Assembly (NCBI GenBank): GCA_002898395.1
Contig: BEHE01000002.1
Span: 77,544-101,543, forward strand
Source: Candidatus Calditenuaceae archaeon HR02
GTDB taxonomy: Archaea; Thermoproteota; Nitrososphaeria_A; Caldarchaeales; Calditenuaceae
Direction: 5' to 3'
Length of the DNA: 24,000 nucleotides
Shown here piece after piece: positions 8,224 through 16,138 of this stretch. The position numbers and the translations under genes are program-made. How positions within the stretch are numbered: position 1 is the first letter of the stretch; each line of letters opens with the position of its first letter. Under the pieces are notes generated by a model, which saw only the letters and a list, made by a program, of their open reading frames with translations, was not told the DNA's origin and did not search any database.

Positions 8224-9996
8224 TCACGCAGGCACCTCGGCCTTTAACGCCCCAATCTCCGACCTTATCTCTGTCTCCAGCTCGTCGAACTTCTCAAGCT
8301 CGTCGTTTCTCACCATGTATTTTGCCCTCAGAATCTTTGTAATGACCTTGAGCGCGCGTATGTCCTCAATCTTCACTCCCCTGCTTATGGCTGCGAGTGC
8401 TTGCTCATAGAAGTTGACAAACATCTTTAGCATCTTAAACTGTTTCTGCGGGTTACAGTAGGAGTCTACTTCGTCGTATGCGCTCTGTTGTAGGAATCCC
8501 TCCCTGATCATCCTCGCAACATCAAGGATGAGGTTTTCTTCATCCGCGAGTGCTTCGGGGCCCAGTAGCCTCACTAGCTCGAGCAACTCCTCCTCCCTCC
8601 TCAGAATACTATATAACTTGGCCCTCGCATCATACCAGTCTCCGCCTATCTTGCTCCACCACTCCGCGACGGTGTCAACGTATGCGGAGTAGCTCATTAT
8701 CCAGTTTATAGCCGGGTAGTGTCTTGTATATGCGAGGTTGGGATCTAGCGCCCAGAAGACCCTCACAAACCGGAGCGTATGTGTAGTGACAGGCTCTGTG
8801 AAGTCTCCGCCAGGCGGCGAGACAGCCCCGACTATGGTGAGGCTTCCAACCCTACTTGGCTCACCGAGGACCTCAACCCGTCCTGCCCGCTCATAAAACT
8901 CCGCAAGCCGGCTTGCCAGATAGCTGGGATACCCCTCCTCGGCGGGCATCTCCTCTAACCGCCCGCTAATCTCCCTCAGAGCCTCGGCCCACCTACTCGT
9001 CGAGTCGGCCACTAGCAAGACATCATACCCCATGTCCCTATAATACTCGGCCAGGGCAGCACCGGTGTAGATGCTGGCCTCCCTAGCCGAGACGGGCATA
9101 TTGCTGGTGTTAGCTATTAGAACAGTCCTCTCCATAAGAGGCCTGCCGGTATGAGGGTCTGTCAAATGTGGAAACTCCTTTAGAACCTCAGCCTCCTCAT
9201 TTCCCCGCTCACCACACCCGATGTGAAGTATAACTTTCGCATCGCTCCACTTAGCTAGCTGGTGCAGCGTGACTGTCTTCCCAGTACCGAAGGCTCCTGG
9301 TATACATCCAGTCCCACCCTTGGCCATTGGGAAGAGAATATCTAGGACCCGCTGACCAGTTATTAGGGGGACGACTGGGTCGAGCCTCCTCTTTATTGGC
9401 CGTGGGGTTCTCACGGGCCACCTATGCATCATCGATACAACCACTTTTCCGTCCTTACCCTCCACTTCAGCTACGGTCTCCTGAACCGTATACTCACCCT
9501 CCGGCGCAACATACCTTACCGTTCCCGGCTTACCGTCCGGCGGAATCATTATGAATGTCTTGATAAGGGGCGTTTCCTCAACCTCGCCTATCACGGTCCC
9601 AGGCTCCGCCTGTGCGCCCACCTTGATCAAGGGTTTAAACCGCCACTTCTTATCTAACGGGATGCTCGGAACGGATACACCCCTCTTCACAAAGGCACCG
9701 ACTTGTTGAGCTATTCTATCGAGTGGCCTCTGAACACCGTCGTAGATACTACCTATTACTCCGGGTCCGAGTGTGACGGAGAGGGGGCCGCCCGTGCCTA
9801 TGACGGGCTCCTCAGGCGCTAATCCAGAGGTATTCTCATATACCTGCACATAGGCGTTGTCTCCGCTAAGTCTGATGACCTCGCCCACCAGCTTCTCCTC
9901 ACCCACATAGACCATTTCATACATCTTAGCGCCTGTCATGCCTCCCGCCTTAACCGTTGGACCGGATATCCAGAGGATCTTCCCCTTAACAGGCAT
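8224..9996 (-). CDS. atpA: A-type (V-type-like) ATP synthase subunit A
   Basis: 590 aa. P-loop [96 protein letters not shown]. Confidence 0.97.
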   Translation of the reverse strand: MPVKGKILWISGPTVKAGGMTGAKMYEMVYVGEEKLVGEVIRLSGDNAYVQVYENTSGLAPEEPVIGTGGPLSVTLGPGVIGSIYDGVQRPLDRIAQQVGAFVKRGVSVPSIPLDKKWRFKPLIKVGAQAEPGTVIGEVEETPLIKTFIMIPPDGKPGTVRYVAPEGEYTVQETVAEVEGKDGKVVVSMMHRWPVRTPRPIKRRLDPVVPLITGQRVLDILFPMAKGGTGCIPGAFGTGKTVTLHQLAKWSDAKVILHIGCGERGNEEAEVLKEFPHLTDPHTGRPLMERTVLIANTSNMPVSAREASIYTGAALAEYYRDMGYDVLLVADSTSRWAEALREISGRLEEMPAEEGYPSYLASRLAEFYERAGRVEVLGEPSRVGSLTIVGAVSPPGGDFTEPVTTHTLRFVRVFWALDPNLAYTRHYPAINWIMSYSAYVDTVAEWWSKIGGDWYDARAKLYSILRREEELLELVRLLGPEALADEENLILDVARMIREGFLQQSAYDEVDSYCNPQKQFKMLKMFVNFYEQALAAISRGVKIEDIRALKVITKILRAKYMVRNDELEKFDELETEIRSEIGALKAEVPA

Positions 9997-10043
9997 AACT
10001 AATGGTCACAGCATCCATCCAGCTAAAAAACTTTGACTATCTA

Positions 10044-10652
10044 TCATGATGAGAGAAGCCGCTTGATTATTTCACCACGTATTTCCTCGCGCATCCTCTC
10101 AAGCCTAGCCTCGACAGTATTATCATATATCATAGACCCGTCCCCTCTAATCACCCTAACCCCACCTACACTATCCAGCGAGTTCTCCGATAACCTAATT
10201 TTTACACCCAGCTCCTTTCCCAGCTCTCTTGCAAGCTCCCTAACCTGCTGCTGATCCTCTCTCGCACACTCAACCACGACTTCATCACTCCCCACAACCT
10301 CTAGGGCCTCCCTCAGAAGGGCCCTGAGGGCCTGACGATACTCGCCGCTCCTCTTTAGAGATGGTATTCGGTCCATGGCCTCCTTGACGATTGTATTGAC
10401 GCATTGCTCAACCGACTCCAAGTATTCGCGCCTGGCCTCAAGCATAGCCTGGCTGACAAGTCTCATTCTCAAGGCATTAGACTCCCTCTGAATAGACTGT
10501 GAAGCAATGGCCGCCTGTTTGCTAAGCTCATCAGCACCATCCCTAAGCCGCCTCAAACCCTCTTCCTCAATCTCCCTGATCTTCGCCCTGAACTCCGCCA
10601 AGGAATCCTCAACAACACTCCTCAAAACATCCTCAAGCTTCATCGGAGGCAT
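10044..10652 (-). CDS. atpE: A-type ATP synthase subunit E
   Basis: 202 aa. Charged coiled-coil N-terminus (KLEDVLRSVVEDSLAEFRAKIREIEEEG) and the C-terminal VRVIRGDGSMIYDNTVEARLERMREEIRGEI pattern. Located between F and A. Confidence 0.85.
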   Translation of the reverse strand: MPPMKLEDVLRSVVEDSLAEFRAKIREIEEEGLRRLRDGADELSKQAAIASQSIQRESNALRMRLVSQAMLEARREYLESVEQCVNTIVKEAMDRIPSLKRSGEYRQALRALLREALEVVGSDEVVVECAREDQQQVRELARELGKELGVKIRLSENSLDSVGGVRVIRGDGSMIYDNTVEARLERMREEIRGEIIKRLLSS

Positions 10653-10679
10653 AACCCATCAACCGCTCAGCCCGGCACG

Positions 10680-10976
10680 TTAAATACCTAATATCCTTCT
10701 AAGCATCGCCCTGTAGTCTACTTCAGAGGGCTTTTCACCCGGCCTCGGGAGAAGGTAGACGACGGGTTTAGGTAGGGTGGAGCTGAGTTGACTGACCTTG
10801 CTGGCAAACTCGGGGCCATATTCATCGCTCACAAGTATCAGGCCGACATCGGGGTCCCTAGAAAGCTCTTGAATGATCCTCAGAGCCTCTCGCCCCTCCT
10901 CCACAACCACACCCCCCATACCCGCAATCCGGAATGCTGCGACGAATAGCTTGCCGCCCACAGCCACTGCCCTCAT
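10680..10976 (-). CDS. atpF: A-type ATP synthase subunit F
   Basis: The ORF extends to 11000; the start is likely ATG 10976 (MRAVAVGGKLFVAAFRIAGMGGVVVEE). LILVSDEYG and KPVVYLLPRPGEKP fit subunit F. It lies immediately upstream of E. Confidence 0.8.
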   Translation of the reverse strand: MRAVAVGGKLFVAAFRIAGMGGVVVEEGREALRIIQELSRDPDVGLILVSDEYGPEFASKVSQLSSTLPKPVVYLLPRPGEKPSEVDYRAMLRRILGI

Positions 10977-11000
10977 CCAAAAACCCACACACTCGTCCAC

Positions 11001-11010
11001 ACTTTATATT
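11001..11010 (-). promoter_or_regulatory. Archaeal TATA box of the atpF-E-A block
   Basis: The minus strand reads AATATAAAGT, centred about 29-30 nt upstream of ATG 10976, consistent with a leaderless transcript. Confidence 0.6.
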
Positions 11011-11259
11011 TTCCTGGAGCCAGACATGAGTACGGGGGCCGGTGGAACGGCGGCAGAGCACCCTGATAAGCCTCCTTAGTCGATGCTATAAGCCTCAAGC
11101 CGGGTTTCTATCGATAAGCCTGATAGCTTCAAGGATTACCGCCTTTCCCAGCATTGTTAATCGGCATGTCTAAAGAGCGGTTTAGTGCCTTCTAATCCCG
11201 TACGATGCCGAGATGAGCGTTTAAGGTTAAAATATTCATGATGGAGAAGGCATAATGAT

Positions 11260-11361
11260 GGGCCGGTAGTTCAGTGGCAGAAAATATTGGGGGAAGTCTC
11301 CAATATCTGCAGCGCCCGGTTTGCACCCGGGAGGCCGCGGGTTCGAATCCCGCCCGGTCCA
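11260..11361 (+). tRNA. tRNA-Ala(UGC) containing a 30-nt intron (11283-11312)
   Basis: Acceptor GGGCCGG/CCGGTCC includes G3-U70, the tRNA-Ala identity pair. Spliced D-arm GTTC-AGTGGCA-GAAC, anticodon arm CCCGG-TTTGCAC-CCGGG, variable AGGCC, T-arm GCGGG-TTCGAAT-CCCGC, discriminator A. Mature length is 72 nt. Confidence 0.95.
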
Positions 11362-11504
11362 TAGGTAAAATTGGTTTGATTAGGAGTGGAGATGAAGTGG
11401 GGGGAGACCTTACCTCGAACGCCACCAAGAGCGAGACCATGGGATATATGACTAGAGCTAGACTCCTTAAAAACACGGTAATAGCTGCACATACTTCGCT
11501 AAAG

Positions 11505-12225
11505 GCGCTGTCAACCAGGTATTACACCTTCTCTGGTAGATTGCAGGAGTGAGTTGTGTATCAGAGCTATTGCGCTCACCAACTCTTCTAGGCTCTTCAT
11601 CGTTTTAGCGTTCACGTTGTTGTAGAACCTCTTTGTCCTGTCCTTAAGTTCCCTGAACCATCTCTCTATCCTGTTCCTTTTACCGAAGGTCTCATGTACG
11701 TATTCAAGTCCAAGCCTCTTCAATGCCCATGGATACCAAGGACCTCTATCAACTACTATCAAAGGCCTGTTCTCGCATGACTTAAGTACCATCTTGAGGA
11801 AGATCAAGGAGTTCAGAAGGGATCTGCTTCTGGAAACTAGGACTGCGATTATCTCCCCTGAATCCACGTCAATTGCAGACCAAATGAAGCATCTCTGTCC
11901 TTTCAAGCTGATCACGGTCTCGTCCACAGCCACAATCCTCCTGGACTTCCTCGAAGGATTGAACAGCATTGACGTCCTGTGAACCCATTCCCTAACGCTC
12001 TCCCTAGAAGCGCTGATCAAGTTGTACCTCTCAGAGATGTCCCTCAAGCTGAGACCTGCTAGATAGGGGATTACAGCATACGCCTTCTCCAACGGAGAGT
12101 AGTTATGGAACCTGAACAGGGAAGAGATCTTATCCAGCAAGTAATCTAATACGTGCACGGAAAGGGAAGAAGCAAGAAGCAACATAGGCATTTCTGGGAA
12201 AAGCTTAAGTAAAAGTTGACAGTGC
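11505..12225 (-). mobile_element. IS6/IS240-like insertion sequence, about 721 bp, with putative 11-bp terminal inverted repeats
   Basis: GCGCTGTCAAC (11505-11515) matches the reverse complement of GTTGACAGTGC (12215-12225) at 10/11 positions and brackets one DDE transposase ORF. No clean target-site duplication was seen. Confidence 0.65.
11511..12191 (-). CDS. DDE transposase, IS6-like
   Basis: The ORF extends to 12257; the likely start is ATG 12191 inside the inverted repeats. DDE pattern: VAVDETVISLKG...SAIDVDSGEI..., LIVVDRGPWYPWAL, and GKRNRIERWFRELKDRTKRFYNN. Confidence 0.85.
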   Translation of the reverse strand: MPMLLLASSLSVHVLDYLLDKISSLFRFHNYSPLEKAYAVIPYLAGLSLRDISERYNLISASRESVREWVHRTSMLFNPSRKSRRIVAVDETVISLKGQRCFIWSAIDVDSGEIIAVLVSRSRSLLNSLIFLKMVLKSCENRPLIVVDRGPWYPWALKRLGLEYVHETFGKRNRIERWFRELKDRTKRFYNNVNAKTMKSLEELVSAIALIHNSLLQSTREGVIPG

Positions 12226-12313
12226 GCTGAATAACTCTGAAAAGAAAAAAAATACAATAACTAAACACATAACAACATTTACGAAGACTCTCTTATTAAT
12301 TATTAGTAGGGAA

Positions 12314-12331
12314 TGCCTTGTGGCTTATTTC
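12314..12331 (+). repeat. Left terminal inverted repeat of the IS5-like element
   Basis: TGCCTTGTGGCTTATTTC; 17/18 match to the reverse complement of 13383-13400. Confidence 0.88.
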
Positions 12332-12449
12332 ATAGGCTTTTCTAGGTTCTTGAGTCTTCTCTCCGGCTTTGTATTGGTGCTTCTGGGTTTTGGAGGCGGT
12401 TCTTTATGAAGATTAAGGCCTATGGCCTACCGTTACTTCCCTCTTCTCA

Positions 12450-13334
12450 ATGACTTCCTGCTGGAAGAGAGTTGATGATAGGCTCATCAGGAGGGGCATA
12501 CTTATCCTGGACCTGAAGTTTGTTAGGAGTTATGCAGATGAGCTCAGGGATATGAACGACGGTAGGAGGGGTAGGCCATACAGGATAACGAATAGCTTCA
12601 TCATATTCCTAGCGGTCTTTAGGTATGTATTCTCTGTTAGGTTTAGGCAGCTTGAGGGCTTCACTATAGCACTGAGAAAAATGTTCCCAATACTTCCCAG
12701 CATAGACTATTCATGGATTAGGGGGAGGATAATGAGGCTGGGTATCGATCTAAGCCCCCTAGGCTCCAACGGAGTCTGGAGAGCCTGTAGTCGTAGTCCT
12801 GGACTCTACTGGTGTTAAGGCTTGTAGGGCTGGATCATGGCTTGAGAGGGGGTATGGTAAGAGGAGGAGGTATGTCAAGATACATGTAACTGTAAACGCT
12901 AAGACCGGAGAGATAATAGATATTGAAATGTCTAGGGATGATGTTCATGACTCAGAGATGGTGGATAAGATGATTGAGAGATCCATGAAGGCTGTGGAGA
13001 TACATGGAGTAATAGCTGATGGAGCATACGACTCCATAAAGCTATACAGACATCTAGAAGCTATGGGTATATAGCCTATAATAAGGCCTAGGAAGAACGC
13101 TAGGACAGATAGGGGCCTCCCCCTAGGAGATCAGCAGCCAGAATGATAAGAGACTATGGATTCGACATATGGCGTAGGGTGGTAGGCTATGGCAGGAGAT
13201 GGATGGCAGAGACAGCAATATCAATCTTCAAGTCGATCTTCGGGGAAGAAATCCTCTCCAAGAAGCCCAGATGGATGAAGGTAGAGATGGTACAGAAGGC
13301 ATACATATACACCCTCCTACTGAACACCGCATAA
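12450..13334 (+). pseudogene. IS5-like transposase pseudogene
   Basis: First part is VDDRLIRRGILILDLKFVRSYADELRDMNDGRRGRPYRITNSFI. A shifted frame after about 12770 reads VVVVLDSTGVKACRAGSWLERGYGKRRRYVKIHVTVNAKTGEIIDIEMSRDDVHDSEMV...VIADGAYDS. There is an in-frame TAG at 13072-13074 and a second shift near 13130-13145 into RMIRDYGFDIWRRVVGYGRRWMAETAISIFKSIFGE. Confidence 0.88.
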
Positions 13335-13382
13335 ACCTAGGATTTAGAAAGACCAGCAAGAGAAGAGGATATCAAGCTAAAG

Positions 13383-13400
13383 GAATTAAGCCACAAGGCA
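13383..13400 (-). repeat. Right terminal inverted repeat of the IS5-like element
   Basis: GAATTAAGCCACAAGGCA on the plus strand; 17/18 match to the left repeat. Confidence 0.88.
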
Positions 13401-13456
13401 GGACTATCAGAATGCTTAAATGTCAGCTGTTTTAAAAATGCGAGGGGCTTGACAGT

Positions 13457-14305
13457 ATGAGTCTAATTACGAGTGGCTATTTTGCGCCTGTCAGTGTGCG
13501 GGAGGTCTTGTCGCTTAAGCGGAGACTCCGAGATAAAGCACTGATTGTAGCTGGTGGAACAGCAGCGGTACAGTTAATCAGCAAAATGATCGTTGAACCT
13601 CAAGCTATAATCTCTCTAGAGAAAGTCCCGCTCGACTATGTGAAAATGAGGGCTAACAGTGTCGAGATAGGTGCGACAACCCCACTAGCTAGGTTGATTC
13701 ATAGAAAAGACCTTCCAGACGCGTTGAAAAAGGCTGTAGAAAGTATTCACGGCCTAGCACTCAAAGACATGGCTACAGTTGGCGGCAACATATTTACACC
13801 AGCTCCAGCAGGCGATATTGCAACAGCCCTCCTGTCCCTAGATGCAGTACTTATTCTGAGAGGAGCTAGGGGTACGAGAAGCGTGCAACTGTCTAAGTTC
13901 TACAGAGGTCCCTTACAATTCAACATAAAGCCAGATGAGATACTGACAGCGGTCAGGGTTAACAGGCCGCCGAGAATGTCTGCATTCTTAAAGCAGACTC
14001 CTTGGAAGTATAGCGGGCCAACAATTGCGTCTGTCGCCGTAGGCTTAGATTTGGACAAAAATGGTAAGACGCGTAGAGCAATGGTGGCACTGGGGGGCCT
14101 GACCACCCACCCATACCGCGCTAAAAAAGTTGAAAAAATGATTACAGGTAAAAAGTTGTCCGAACAGCTTATCGAAGGAGCGGCTCAGCATTTAACAGAT
14201 GGTGTAGAGGTCATCGATGATGCTCTCGCATCTTCCTGGTACAGGATGCGGGTTGCTGAGGTCCTTTTCAAAAGGATTTTATACAACATCACCGCTGGAG
14301 GGTGA
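13457..14305 (+). CDS. Molybdenum hydroxylase (xanthine dehydrogenase/CO dehydrogenase superfamily), FAD-binding medium subunit
   Basis: 282 aa. ALIVAGGTAAVQLI, ATVGGNIFTPAPAGDIATALLSLDAVL and the C-terminal R.AEVLFKRI.YN fit the FAD-binding family. Confidence 0.9.
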   Translation: MSLITSGYFAPVSVREVLSLKRRLRDKALIVAGGTAAVQLISKMIVEPQAIISLEKVPLDYVKMRANSVEIGATTPLARLIHRKDLPDALKKAVESIHGLALKDMATVGGNIFTPAPAGDIATALLSLDAVLILRGARGTRSVQLSKFYRGPLQFNIKPDEILTAVRVNRPPRMSAFLKQTPWKYSGPTIASVAVGLDLDKNGKTRRAMVALGGLTTHPYRAKKVEKMITGKKLSEQLIEGAAQHLTDGVEVIDDALASSWYRMRVAEVLFKRILYNITAGG

Positions 14306-14311
14306 TTGAGA

Positions 14312-14767
14312 ATGAGGATAAGATTTAGACTTGATGGTCAATCCGTCGAAGTAGACGTAAAGCATACAGAAACTCTTTTGAGGGTGTTGAAGGACAGGTT
14401 AGGCGTAGGTTCTGTTCATTTTGGATGCGGAGAGGGGTCGTGCGGTGCTTGTATTGTCTTGATAGACGGCAGGCCCAGGTATTCATGCCTAACACTTGCG
14501 GGTTATGTTGACGGAAAGGAGGTCTCAACAGTTGCTGCTCTTGCGCGAGATGGCGAATTGACCGAGATACAGAAAGCATTTGTCGAGAATAACGCGGCCC
14601 AGTGTGGATATTGTACACCCGGAATGATCCTGATCGTCAGGGCACTTCTTGAAAAGAACCCATCCCCTTCTGACGAGGAATTGTTTGATGCATTGGCAGG
14701 CAATCTTTGCAGATGTACCGGCTATGTTCCAATCATAAATGCCATTAGGTCCGTAATTAAGAGGTGA
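14312..14767 (+). CDS. Molybdenum hydroxylase, [2Fe-2S] small subunit
   Basis: The ORF track starts at TTG 14306; ATG 14312 is likely. Cysteine motifs CGEGSCGACIVLIDGRPRYSC and CGYCTPGMI...CRCTGY. Confidence 0.95.
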   Translation: MRIRFRLDGQSVEVDVKHTETLLRVLKDRLGVGSVHFGCGEGSCGACIVLIDGRPRYSCLTLAGYVDGKEVSTVAALARDGELTEIQKAFVENNAAQCGYCTPGMILIVRALLEKNPSPSDEELFDALAGNLCRCTGYVPIINAIRSVIKR

Positions 14768-14773
14768 AGGGGC

Positions 14774-16132
14774 TTGTCGGAGCAGTTTTCTATAGTTGGT
14801 AAACCCATCATGAATGCCCAGTTGTTGGGCCACGTGACTGGCTCAACCCAGTATGTCGACGAGATATCATTCCCCGGAATGCTGTGGATGAAAGCTGTCC
14901 GCAGCCCTGTGCCGCGAGGAAAGATTAGGAGGATTGACACCTCGAAGGCTGAAAAACTGCCTGGCGTGGTGCGGATCATAACCGCGAAAGACGTGCCTAA
15001 CAACATACATGTCAACATGGCTGCGATCGGGATTGGGCCGCCCGACGAGCCCGTCCTACCCGAGGATGAGGTCAACTATAAGGGAGAGGCGATATGCCTC
15101 GTAGTTGCTAAAGACGAGGAGACGGCCGCTAAGGCCGCTGAGATGGTTGAAGTTGAGATAGAGGAGCTCCCCCCTGTCCTCGACATGGAGGAGGCCTTGA
15201 AGCCGAGTGCGCCGGTCATCAAGAAATGGGGCATGAACGCCTTTATCTTTGGTTCAGGAATGGATGGAGCTACGAGGCCCGGTAGACCTGGCAGGCCCTT
15301 ATTCCTAGTGAAGAGAGGTGAGGTGGAGATAGCCTTGAAACAGGCGGACTATGTGGTTGAGGGCAGCTACCTAATCCCTCCCATAGAGCATGCCCCGATT
15401 GAGCCGCATGTATGCGTGGCCAAGCCCGAGCCTGGGCAGAGACTCACAATTTACACTACAACGCAGGCGCCTTATTTTGTGAGGGACAACGTCGCTACAA
15501 TCCTCAACATTCCGCCCTCTAACATTAGGGTTGTCGCCCCGGCCGTCGGCGGGGGGTTCGGAGGAAAGGTGGACCCAGAATTTGAGATGCAGGTCGCCGT
15601 CGCCGCCATGTGTGTTGGGAGACCAGTTAAATGGAGATGGACTAGGGAGGAGGAGTTCACAATATCTACTACGCGACCAGCTGTAAAGATAGAGTTCCAA
15701 GATGCTCTCTCTAAAGATGGCTTAATACTTGGAAGAAAGGCGAGACTACTCCACGACTCAGGCGCATATACAAGGACATCGCCTTACGGAGTAATAAAAG
15801 CGACCGTCAACCTCTCAGGTCCCTACTACATACCCAATGTACATTACGAGGGTTATTGCGTATATACCAATAGGCAGCCCTCAAGTGCTATGAGAGGGTA
15901 CGGAGTCTTCGAGTTTTCTTATGCTGTTGAGTTACAGATGGAGAGGGATGCTAAGAAGCTTGGTATTGATTCGTGGGAGTTCAGGTTTAAGAACGCCTAC
16001 AGGAACGGACAAGTCTCCGCTACGGGAAAGCTGATAGACGATGCATATCTCATCGAGGTTATGAAGGAGGCGGTCGCGCTTGCTGGGGTTAGTCTGCCTA
16101 ATCATTTGCTTCAGATGAGCTCGTGGGGGTGA
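14774..16132 (+). CDS. Molybdenum hydroxylase, large (molybdopterin) subunit, N-terminal part
   Basis: 452 aa. GSTQYVDEISFPGMLWMKAVRSPVPRGKI, TTTQAPYFVRDNVATILNIP, VGGGFGGKVDPEFEMQVAVAAM and QPSSAMRGYGVFEFSYAVE. Ends at TGA 16130-16132. Confidence 0.93.
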   Translation: MSEQFSIVGKPIMNAQLLGHVTGSTQYVDEISFPGMLWMKAVRSPVPRGKIRRIDTSKAEKLPGVVRIITAKDVPNNIHVNMAAIGIGPPDEPVLPEDEVNYKGEAICLVVAKDEETAAKAAEMVEVEIEELPPVLDMEEALKPSAPVIKKWGMNAFIFGSGMDGATRPGRPGRPLFLVKRGEVEIALKQADYVVEGSYLIPPIEHAPIEPHVCVAKPEPGQRLTIYTTTQAPYFVRDNVATILNIPPSNIRVVAPAVGGGFGGKVDPEFEMQVAVAAMCVGRPVKWRWTREEEFTISTTRPAVKIEFQDALSKDGLILGRKARLLHDSGAYTRTSPYGVIKATVNLSGPYYIPNVHYEGYCVYTNRQPSSAMRGYGVFEFSYAVELQMERDAKKLGIDSWEFRFKNAYRNGQVSATGKLIDDAYLIEVMKEAVALAGVSLPNHLLQMSSWG

Positions 16133-16138
16133 GAGGGT

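Larger units (their letters stand above)
12314..13400 (+). mobile_element. Degenerate IS5-like insertion sequence, 1087 bp, with 18-bp terminal inverted repeats
   Basis: TGCCTTGTGGCTTATTTC (12314-12331) versus GAATTAAGCCACAAGGCA (13383-13400), whose reverse complement is TGCCTTGTGGCTTAATTC: 17/18 identical. The repeats bracket a broken transposase. Confidence 0.85.

Noticed and set aside
11274-11552. ORF 92 aa (MAENIGGSLQYLQRPVCTREAAGSNPARS...) and reverse ORFs 11192-11476 and 11271-11492 (GPGGIRTRGLPG...)
   Set aside because: They are translations through the tRNA-Ala gene; 'AAGSNPARS' and 'GGIRTRG' are classic spurious readings of the tRNA T-arm and 3' end.
11497-12233. Target-site duplication around the IS6-like element (CGCTAAAG versus CGCTGAAT)
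   Set aside because: Only an imperfect match and the exact element ends are uncertain, so I do not claim a duplication.
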